DNA of 35,690 nt from an uncultured Myxococcales bacterium (GTDB taxonomy: Bacteria > Myxococcota_A > Polyangia > Fen-1088), in assembly GCA_964440665.1 (NCBI GenBank), contig CAYTTF010000005.1, forward strand, positions 1-35,690. The letters are read 5' to 3'. Below the pieces are notes generated by a model, which ran no database searches, was not told where the DNA came from, and saw nothing but the letters and a program-made list of their open reading frames with translations. Each line of letters starts with the position of its first letter. Position 1 is the first letter of the stretch. The position numbers were made by a program, and so were the translations under genes. Of the stretch, positions 24,386 to 31,286 are shown piece by piece.

Positions 24386-25321
24386 ATGACGCGCGACCGC
24401 GTCGCCAATCCGCTCGACGACACGACGCGGACGGCGCAAGCCCCCGAGGCGCCCGTCGTGGCGGATGGCCAGACCCATGCGGCCTGCCTGGTGGTGCTCT
24501 CGGGATCCAGCGTCGGGGAGATGTACCGACTCGAGAAGGAGCGGGTGGTCCTGGGCCGCGGCGACAAGGTGGACCTGCGCCTCATCGACGACGGCATCTC
24601 CCGCGAGCACGCGCAGATCCTCAAGGAGGGCGAGCAGCACCTGCTGGAGGATCTCTCCTCGACCAACGGCACCTATTGCAATGGCGAACGGGTGCAGCGG
24701 CACGCGCTCGCCGAGGGGGACAAGATCCTGCTCGGGTCGACGACCATCCTCAAGTTCAGCTACCAAGATCGTCTCGACGAGATGTTTCAACGGCAGATGT
24801 CGGAGTCGGCCCTGCGCGATGGTCTGACCCGGGCGTTCAACAAGCGCTACTTCACCGAGCGGATCGACAGTGAGTTTCAGTACGCCAACCGGCACCGCAC
24901 GCCCCTGTCGCTGATCTTCATCGACATCGATCACTTCAAGCGGATCAACGACGTTCACGGTCATCAAGCCGGCGACTACGTCCTCACGCAGCTGGCGACG
25001 CTGCTCATGAGCATGCTCGGTGAAGAGGAGGTGCTCGCGCGTTACGGCGGCGAGGAGTTCGCCGTCATCGCGCGCGGCTCGGAATCCCCGGCGGCCTCGG
25101 TGCTGTCGGAGCGCATGCGCGCGGCCGTGGCCGCCCATCCGTTTACCCATGAAGGCGCCAGCATTCCCGTGACCGTCAGCGTGGGGGTCGCTTCCGCGCC
25201 GGCCCCGGGCCTCCGTGCGGCGGCCGACCTGGTCGCGCGCGCCGACGAAACCATGTACACCGCCAAACGCGCCGGCCGAAATCGCGTCTGCGTCGCAGGC
25301 GAGACGCCGCCGCCCAAGTAG
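24386..25321 (+). CDS. FHA-domain diguanylate cyclase (FHA + GGDEF).
   Basis: The FHA domain reads VVLGRGDKVDLRLIDDGISREHAQIL...LEDLSSTNGTYCNGERV. The GGDEF domain reads RTPLSLIFIDIDHFKRINDVHGHQAGDYVL...RYGGEEFAVI...ADETMYTAKRAGRNRV. Confidence 0.9.
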   Translation: MTRDRVANPLDDTTRTAQAPEAPVVADGQTHAACLVVLSGSSVGEMYRLEKERVVLGRGDKVDLRLIDDGISREHAQILKEGEQHLLEDLSSTNGTYCNGERVQRHALAEGDKILLGSTTILKFSYQDRLDEMFQRQMSESALRDGLTRAFNKRYFTERIDSEFQYANRHRTPLSLIFIDIDHFKRINDVHGHQAGDYVLTQLATLLMSMLGEEEVLARYGGEEFAVIARGSESPAASVLSERMRAAVAAHPFTHEGASIPVTVSVGVASAPAPGLRAAADLVARADETMYTAKRAGRNRVCVAGETPPPK

Positions 25322-25404
25322 AGCCAAGATATAGGGCCAATAACGCAACGTCGCAGCGCGCGGGGGAGGGCGGGCTTAGCGGCCGGAGCTGATCGCGGGG
25401 GGTT

Positions 25405-25426
25405 GGACCCTCTCAGGTCAGGGTCC
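25405..25426. repeat. Palindrome GGACCCT-N8-AGGGTCC between convergent FHA-GGDEF and aat. It is the third member of the GGGACCC family and a possible terminator.
   Basis: The sequence is ggaccct-ctcaggtc-agggtcc. It shares GGACCCTCTCAGG with the minus-strand reading of the 10872-10892 copy. Confidence 0.45.
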
Positions 25427-25432
25427 CACGTC

Positions 25433-26107
25433 TCACGTGAAGGTGGCTGCCACGGTCAGCGCCCGCCGGAGGCGCGCCAAGTATTCCGAGCGCGGGATGG
25501 CGGTGGCTCCCAGGCGGGCCAGGTGCGGCGTCGGCACCTGCGCGTCGAGCAACGTGAACCCGCCGGCGCGCAGCCGCTCGATCAAGTACCCGACGGCGGC
25601 CTTGGAGGCGTCGGTACGGCGGTGGAACATCGACTCGCCCCCGAAAAACCCACCCAGCGCGACGCCATAGAGCCCACCCACCAACGCCTGGTCCTCCCAG
25701 ACCTCGACACTGTGGGCCAGGCCCATCCCATGGAGCTGGCCATAGGAACGCACGAAATCATCCGTGATCCAGGTGGACGGCCGGTCGGCGCCGGCTTCGG
25801 CGCAAGCGCGCATGACACCCTCGAAATTTCGGTCGATGGTGAACCGCCAGCCCGCGCGACGCGCGGCACGTCCAACGCTCCGATGCGGACGCCACGAGCC
25901 GAGCTCGAAAACCGCCCGCGGGTCGGGCGACCACCAGGTCAGAACTGGATCGGACGACCAGGGAAAAATCCCGGCGCGATACGCGGCGACCAGCGTTTCC
26001 GGCAGCAACTTGCCGCCCAGCGCGACCAGGCCGTTCGGAGCCGAGTCCGACTCCGAGGCCACCTGCACCGGCACCGGGCCGCGTTGCGACCGGTCGTTTG
26101 GATCCAC
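25433..26107 (-). CDS. aat: Leucyl/phenylalanyl-tRNA--protein transferase.
   Basis: It contains NGLVALGGKLLPETLVAAYRAGIFPWSSDPVLTWWSPDPRAVF...STWITDDFVRSYGQLHGMGLAHSVEVWEDQALVGGLYGVALGGFFGGESMF. This aligns closely by eye with E. coli Aat. Confidence 0.9.
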   Translation of the reverse strand: MDPNDRSQRGPVPVQVASESDSAPNGLVALGGKLLPETLVAAYRAGIFPWSSDPVLTWWSPDPRAVFELGSWRPHRSVGRAARRAGWRFTIDRNFEGVMRACAEAGADRPSTWITDDFVRSYGQLHGMGLAHSVEVWEDQALVGGLYGVALGGFFGGESMFHRRTDASKAAVGYLIERLRAGGFTLLDAQVPTPHLARLGATAIPRSEYLARLRRALTVAATFT

Positions 26108-26116
26108 CCGCGCAGT

Positions 26117-26416
26117 TTACGCTTGATGGCTGGCTTCGGTCCCTTTCGATTGGGGCTCGACCGGCGAGCTCACGGCCTGCGTCGGCTCGGGGGCGTTGGT
26201 GTTGGCCACCTCGCGCGAGCGCCGGCGACCGCCGCTCACCATGCCGCCCTTGCGTCCTGCCTCGCGGGCTTCCCTGGAATCGAACTCGTGCGCCGTGCCT
26301 TTTTGATGGGCGGCCTTTCCACCCTGCGACGAAATCTGGCGCTGACGCGTCCGGTCCATGCTCGCGAAACCACGTCCACGGCTCTCGACTTTTTCGGTGC
26401 TGTTGCTGATCGACAT
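26117..26416 (-). CDS. KGG-repeat general stress protein (YciG-like).
   Basis: The 99-aa product contains SSQGGKAAHQKGTAHEFDSREAREAGRKGG. A GAAGAAGGGA RBS region is present. It lies 9 nt upstream of aat. Confidence 0.75.
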   Translation of the reverse strand: MSISNSTEKVESRGRGFASMDRTRQRQISSQGGKAAHQKGTAHEFDSREAREAGRKGGMVSGGRRRSREVANTNAPEPTQAVSSPVEPQSKGTEASHQA

Positions 26417-26545
26417 GACGGTTCCCTTCTTCCGCGGATCTTTGTCCCGCGTAGTGTCCAGACGGAGTGCTCACGAAAAAACTGCGCACGATCCCGCTGC
26501 GGGAACAGGGGGCGGGGAACAATAATCTCGACGGGATGCGGGACT

Positions 26546-27052
26546 TCAGCCTTCGGGCAGCTCATCTGGATCCAGCTCGACCATTCCGGGGACCGGCGGG
26601 GGACGGTTTCCCGGTGCGCTCGGATCGCGCACGGCGAGGACCTTGACGCGAAACTCGATGTCGCGGCCGACCAGGGGATGAAGCAGGCGGACTTTGGCCG
26701 CGGCGTCGTTCACGGACAGGATCTTGAATCGGACCGGTGCGCCGGAAGTCGGATCCTTGGCTTCGAAGACCGCTCCGGGCTCGATCTGGGTCCCTCCGGG
26801 AAAGACGCTACGCGCCATTTCGGTCACGGGAAGAGAGTCTTCGGTGCCGAACGCCTCGCGGGCAGGAACCTCCCCTTGCTTCTCGTCGCCCGGACTGAGT
26901 CCTTCCAGGCGTTTCTCCAATCCGGGCAGCATTTTGCCTTCGCCGTGGACATAGCGGATCGGCCCGCTGCGGTCCGATGATTCGATGACCTCCCCACCTT
27001 TGACCTTGAGCTCGTATTCGAGCTCGACGGTGCGACCCGGAGCGATTTTCAT
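26546..27052 (-). CDS. FKBP-type peptidyl-prolyl cis-trans isomerase, SlyD/SlpA-like (with an insert-in-flap region and no His tail).
   Basis: It reads MKIAPGRTVELEYELKVKGGEVIESS...IRYVHGEGKMLPGLEKRLEGLSPGDEK...LLHPLVGRDIEFRVKVLAVRD. Confidence 0.88.
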   Translation of the reverse strand: MKIAPGRTVELEYELKVKGGEVIESSDRSGPIRYVHGEGKMLPGLEKRLEGLSPGDEKQGEVPAREAFGTEDSLPVTEMARSVFPGGTQIEPGAVFEAKDPTSGAPVRFKILSVNDAAAKVRLLHPLVGRDIEFRVKVLAVRDPSAPGNRPPPVPGMVELDPDELPEG

Positions 27053-27278
27053 GGGGCCGATCGTAATGCTCCGGCGCGCACTTTAAAAGGTGATCGAAAC
27101 GTCATCGTGGATTCAATTCGGGAGCGCGCGTAAGATGGGAAATGGTGGATTCTCGGGCGATCGGCTGACGAAATCGCCGTGTTTCCGCCACCGACTGAAG
27201 ATATCCAGAGCTTCCTCGCGAGAAAGGCCCGCTGTGAGCATAGGTTCCCCCCAGCCTAGGGTTCGACGCTCGCCTTCG

Positions 27279-30200
27279 ATGTTCCACCGACCGGTCTGCC
27301 CGAAGAGCGGGGCCGTCGGGGCATGGACATTGGGCCGTGCCGCCGTTGCCGCCGCGGCCGTTGTCGTCGCCATCGCCGCCCTGGGCGTGGCGGGCGGATG
27401 TGGTGGCGGGGCGCAGATCCGGCAGCCCGACGCGGGTGCAAAGACCGATGGTCCGACAGTCATGGATGGTGGGGGAACGGACTCGCACCATGGCGAGGGG
27501 CCCGGGATCGCCCTCGGGCAGCCCTGCACGGACGCGGCGAAGTGCGGATCGGGCATTTGTGTGGACGGCGTCTGCTGTAACACCGCCTGCGACGGCGCGT
27601 GCCTGACCTGCGCCGCCTCGGGCAGCGTCGGCACCTGCGTCCCGGCCGATGTCGGCACCAATCCACGGAACGGCTGCACCGACATGGGCGCGGCCAGCTG
27701 CGGGACCGATGGTCTCTGCGACGGCACGGGGAGCTGCGAGAACTACGCCGCCGGCGTGACCTGCCAGCAGCCGGGATGTACCGGATCGACGCTGCTCTTC
27801 GCGGGACGCTGCGATGGCGTGGGGACCTGTGTGACACCGGCGAGTCAGTCGTGCGCGCCGTGGACCTGCGGATCGACGGGCGCCTGCAAGACCACCTGCT
27901 CGGCCGATGCCGACTGCACGGCGGGCAACTTCTGCGTCTCGGGAAGCTGCGGGCTCAAGCCGCCCGGCGCGACTTGCGGCGCCGGCGGCGATTGTAAGTC
28001 GGGAATCTGCGCGCAGGGCGCTTGCTGCGCGACGGCCTGCACGGGCAACTGCAAGTCCTGCGCGCTCACCGGGAGCGCGGGGACCTGCACGAACGTGCCG
28101 AGCGGGCAGGATCCGCAGGGGCAATGCGCGGACGCCCTGGCGCCGAGCTGTGGCACCAACGGCTCCTGCGACGGTATGGGCGCCTGTCAACTCTACCCGT
28201 CGACCACGATCTGCGGCACCAACACTTGCACGGCGGGCACGGAGACCCTGGCCGGAAAGTGCGACGGCCTCCTCGGCGTTTGTCAGGCGGGAACGACGCA
28301 GAGCTGCGGCGCCTACGCTTGCGACACGACCGGCGTCTGCAAGACCAAGTGCGCGGTCGACGCGGATTGCGCGTCTGGAGATTTCTGCATCGCCACGGTC
28401 TGCGGAAAAAAGGCGACCGGCGCGGCCTGCGCCGCGGGCGGCGACTGCACGTCGAACCACTGCGAGCAGGGCATCTGTTGCAATACCGCCTGCACGGGGA
28501 CCTGCATGTCGTGCGCCCTGACCACCAGCCTTGGCACCTGCACGCCGGTGGCTCTCGGCGCCGATCCACTCAATCAGTGTCCGGATGTCGCCGCCACCAA
28601 CCCGTGCGGGACCAACGGGTCGTGCAACGGCGCCGGCGCCTGCCAGTTCTACCCGGCGGGGCTAAATTGCGGCGCCGTCTCGTGCACCGGCTCGACGCTG
28701 ACCCAGGCGCGAACCTGTGACGGCGCCGGAACCTGTCGCGCGGCGATGACCGCGATGTGCGTGCCCTACGTCTGCGGGACGGCGGCTTGCAAGACCACCT
28801 GCGCCTCGACCGCGGACTGCGTTTCGCCCAACGTCTGCACCAACGGTAGTTGCGGAAAGAATCCGATCGGCGCGACCTGCGCCGTGGCCGCCGATTGCGG
28901 GTCCGGTTTCTGCGCGCAAGGTGTCTGCTGCAATTCGACCTGCACGGGCACCTGTCAATCGTGCGCGCTGGCGGGCAGCGCCGGCACCTGCTCGCCCGTG
29001 CCAGCGGGCGCGGCGCCCAACCCCACCACCCAGTGCACGACGACGACCGCCTCGACTTGCGGCACGGACGGGATGTGTGACGGCGCCGGAGCTTGCCGGA
29101 AGTACGTGAGTGGCACGCAATGCGGTGCCGCGACCTGTACCGGTACCAACTTCAAGCCCCCGAACCTGTGCGACGGCACCGGCACCTGCGGCACGGTCAC
29201 CCCAACGACCTGCGGCGGCAATCTCATCTGCGGTACGAACGGCCAGTGCAAAGCCACCTGCGCGTCCAGCGCGGACTGCGTCGCGCCCAACCTCTGCAAC
29301 ACGACGACTGGCACCTGCGGTCTCAAGGGGAGCGGGACGACCTGCGGCGCCGGGGCGGAATGCGCGTCCGGGTTCTGCCAACAGGGCGTCTGTTGTTCGA
29401 GCGCCTGCACCGGCACCTGCCAATCGTGCGCGCTCGCCGCCACGGCGGGAACATGTACCAACGTTCCCCTCGGTCAGGCGCCGAACCCGACGAGCATGTG
29501 CTCGGATCTCGGCGCCACGATGTGCAAGACGAATGGCCTCTGCGACGGAACGGGAAAGTGCCAGCTCTACGGCACGACGACCACCTGCGCGCCCGCGACC
29601 TGTTTGGGCTCCACGCTCACCCCGCCACAGACCTGCGACGGCGCCGGCAACTGCAAGACCGTGACCTCGACGCTGTGTGATCCTTACGGGTGCGGTACGA
29701 CCTCCTGCAAGACCACCTGCGCCGCCAACACCGATTGTGCGACGCCGGCCACTTGCAACACCACGACCGGCAGCTGCGGCAAGCTGTCGCAAGGCGCGGC
29801 CTGCACGACGGCCGCCTCCTGCGCCTCCGGGTTCTGCGTCAACAGCGTTTGCTGCAACAACGCCTGCACCGGAATCTGCACGGCGTGCAACCTGGCCGGC
29901 AGCCCCGGGACGTGCACCTCGATTCCCGGGGGGAGCCCGCCGAATCCCACCACCCAGTGCACCAACACCGGCGCCGCTACCTGCGGAACGAACGGGTTCT
30001 GCAACGGCAGCGGGGCGTGCCAGAAGTACGCCTCCGGCACCAGCTGCGCGGCGGCGACCTGCACCGGATCCAGCCTGACCGGCGGGTCGACCTGCAACGC
30101 GAGCAGCATGTGCGTCGCCCCCGCGCCGACCAGCTGCAATCCCTACATCTGTGGCGCTGGCGCGTGCAAGACCACCTGCGCGACCACCGCCGACTGCGTC

Positions 30201-30713
30201 CCCCCCGACGTCTGCACGGGCACCGTGTGTTCTCCGCCCGCGACGCTGTCGGTGGCGCTCAAGGCCGTGAATATTGGGAACGTCCAGTTCATAACGATCA
30301 ACGTCCACCTCACCAACAACGGGACATCGGCAGTTCCGCTCACCCAGGTCACGGTTCGCTACTGGTACACGCTGGACGGTGGCACGGCGACGCAGACCCC
30401 GAACTGCGACTACACCTTCCTGCCCGGCAACTGTTCATCCATCGTCTACAGCGCCTCGTCGTTCGTGACGATGGCCACCCCCAAAGCGACCGCCGATCAC
30501 TACTTCCAGTTCGGGTTTGCGAGCGGCGCGGGCAGCTTGGCCGCCGGCGGCGGTACCACCAGCGACATGCAGCTCCGCTGGAACAAGAACGACTTCACGA
30601 ACTTCACGCAGACGAACGACTATTCGTACAACGCCTCGACGACCGCCTGGGTCACGACCACGAAGGTCACCGCCTATCTGAACGGCGCCCTCGTCTACGG
30701 CACCGAGCCGTAG
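27279..30713 (+). CDS. Giant Cys-rich surface lipoprotein with six ~150-aa Cys-rich modules and a C-terminal CBM3 cellulose-binding module.
   Basis: I chose the ATG at 27279 (MFHRPVCPKSGAVGAWTLGRAAVAAAAVVVAIAALGVAGGCGG, a lipobox-like AGGC); the start is uncertain. The last ~157 aa align by eye along their whole length with the clostridial scaffoldin CBM3a (VTVRYWYTLDG, PNCDYT, ADHYFQFGF, LRWNKNDFTNFTQTNDYSY, VTAYLNGALVYGTEP). Confidence 0.82.
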   Translation: MFHRPVCPKSGAVGAWTLGRAAVAAAAVVVAIAALGVAGGCGGGAQIRQPDAGAKTDGPTVMDGGGTDSHHGEGPGIALGQPCTDAAKCGSGICVDGVCCNTACDGACLTCAASGSVGTCVPADVGTNPRNGCTDMGAASCGTDGLCDGTGSCENYAAGVTCQQPGCTGSTLLFAGRCDGVGTCVTPASQSCAPWTCGSTGACKTTCSADADCTAGNFCVSGSCGLKPPGATCGAGGDCKSGICAQGACCATACTGNCKSCALTGSAGTCTNVPSGQDPQGQCADALAPSCGTNGSCDGMGACQLYPSTTICGTNTCTAGTETLAGKCDGLLGVCQAGTTQSCGAYACDTTGVCKTKCAVDADCASGDFCIATVCGKKATGAACAAGGDCTSNHCEQGICCNTACTGTCMSCALTTSLGTCTPVALGADPLNQCPDVAATNPCGTNGSCNGAGACQFYPAGLNCGAVSCTGSTLTQARTCDGAGTCRAAMTAMCVPYVCGTAACKTTCASTADCVSPNVCTNGSCGKNPIGATCAVAADCGSGFCAQGVCCNSTCTGTCQSCALAGSAGTCSPVPAGAAPNPTTQCTTTTASTCGTDGMCDGAGACRKYVSGTQCGAATCTGTNFKPPNLCDGTGTCGTVTPTTCGGNLICGTNGQCKATCASSADCVAPNLCNTTTGTCGLKGSGTTCGAGAECASGFCQQGVCCSSACTGTCQSCALAATAGTCTNVPLGQAPNPTSMCSDLGATMCKTNGLCDGTGKCQLYGTTTTCAPATCLGSTLTPPQTCDGAGNCKTVTSTLCDPYGCGTTSCKTTCAANTDCATPATCNTTTGSCGKLSQGAACTTAASCASGFCVNSVCCNNACTGICTACNLAGSPGTCTSIPGGSPPNPTTQCTNTGAATCGTNGFCNGSGACQKYASGTSCAAATCTGSSLTGGSTCNASSMCVAPAPTSCNPYICGAGACKTTCATTADCVPPDVCTGTVCSPPATLSVALKAVNIGNVQFITINVHLTNNGTSAVPLTQVTVRYWYTLDGGTATQTPNCDYTFLPGNCSSIVYSASSFVTMATPKATADHYFQFGFASGAGSLAAGGGTTSDMQLRWNKNDFTNFTQTNDYSYNASTTAWVTTTKVTAYLNGALVYGTEP
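27516..30230 (+). repeat. Six diverged tandem protein-level modules (~450 nt each) within the Cys-rich gene.
   Basis: The VCC/ICC/ACC-x3-C-x3-C-x2-C landmark recurs at ORF-track aa 162, 312, 463, 613, 768 and 921. Each unit has about two dozen Cys by my count. The recurring motifs are CxSGxCxxGxCCxxxCxGxCxxC, CGTxGxCDGxGxC, xCDGxGxC and G(A/x)CKTxCxxxxDC. Confidence 0.8.
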
Positions 30714-30738
30714 ACGCCGAGCCGATCCGAAAGTCGAA

Positions 30739-30755
30739 GGCGGGCTTTGCCCGCC
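30739..30755. terminator. Hairpin GGCGGGC-TTT-GCCCGCC, 26 nt after the stop of the Cys-rich gene.
   Basis: It has a 7-bp GC stem and a 3-nt loop. The same core (CGGGCTTTGCCCG) occurs at 18046-18058 after bioA. There is no U-tract. Confidence 0.4.
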
Positions 30756-30817
30756 GGAGAAACCGCCCGTCGAGCAAGATCCGGCCCCGGCTCTCGTCGG
30801 GGGTGGGCCCGGGTGAG

Positions 30818-30842
30818 GTGGGAGGGGCGCAGCCCCTCCCAC
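30818..30842. terminator. Strong hairpin immediately after the stop of the STAS/SiaC-like gene (minus strand).
   Basis: The sequence gtgggaggggc-gca-gcccctcccac forms an 11-bp perfect stem. It ends 1 nt from the TAG at 30844-30846. Confidence 0.5.
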
Positions 30843-30843
30843 G

Positions 30844-31227
30844 CTACGTGATGTCGATCGTGACCAGGTTGGGCGCGAAAGCGCGGAGCGCCTGGAGGCT
30901 GCGCGACTGCCACTGAGCGGCCGGATCGCTGAGGAACCGGATGCGATAGTGGTTGTCGGTGCGCTCGTCGACCTGGGCGATCCAGCGGACGAACTCTTTG
31001 AGACAGGACGAGTTCATGAACACCAGCTCGCGAAAGTCGGCGACCACTTCACCCATGTGGTTGCGCTTGGCTTCGTCGTCGACCGAATCGAGGAAGGGAC
31101 CGAGCGGCGCGTTGACGCGCAGATCCGCATTTCCCCACAGCCGCATGACCAGAGCCTGGCCGTCGACCGCGGCGGTGGCCTCGAACTCCGTGTCCTTGAT
31201 CCCCGTGATCTGAACGGCCGCTGTCAT
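30844..31227 (-). CDS. Small (127 aa) STAS-fold / SiaC (DUF1987)-like protein downstream of the Ser/Thr kinase.
   Basis: The ORF is clean, with the expected GC3 bias. The segment ...EVVADFRELVFMNSSCLKEFVRWI...YRIRFLSD resembles, from memory, the LxYxN(T/S)SSxK core of DUF1987/SiaC. Family assignment is not verified. Confidence 0.5.
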   Translation of the reverse strand: MTAAVQITGIKDTEFEATAAVDGQALVMRLWGNADLRVNAPLGPFLDSVDDEAKRNHMGEVVADFRELVFMNSSCLKEFVRWIAQVDERTDNHYRIRFLSDPAAQWQSRSLQALRAFAPNLVTIDIT

Positions 31228-31286
31228 AGGCTCATTTTCAGTCTACCACGGCCCCAGGCGACCGCCCATCGGCCCGAGAGGGCTCG

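Noticed and set aside
26474-26508. A run of six T (minus strand) near a short CCCGC/GCGGG stem downstream of the FKBP gene, considered as an intrinsic terminator.
   Set aside because: The stem is only ~5 bp with a minimal loop, and the T-run is ~10 nt away from it. This is too weak to call.
29111-29123. TGGCACGCAATGC, which resembles a sigma54 -24/-12 element.
   Set aside because: It lies deep inside the Cys-rich coding sequence, and the GC is two positions too close to the GG.
27516-30230. The possibility that the six Cys-rich modules are an assembly artefact or a very recent DNA duplication.
   Set aside because: The units are conserved mainly at Cys/Gly positions and differ extensively at the nucleotide level. 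Unit lengths also differ slightly (150-155 aa). This indicates old, diverged repeats in one continuous frame.
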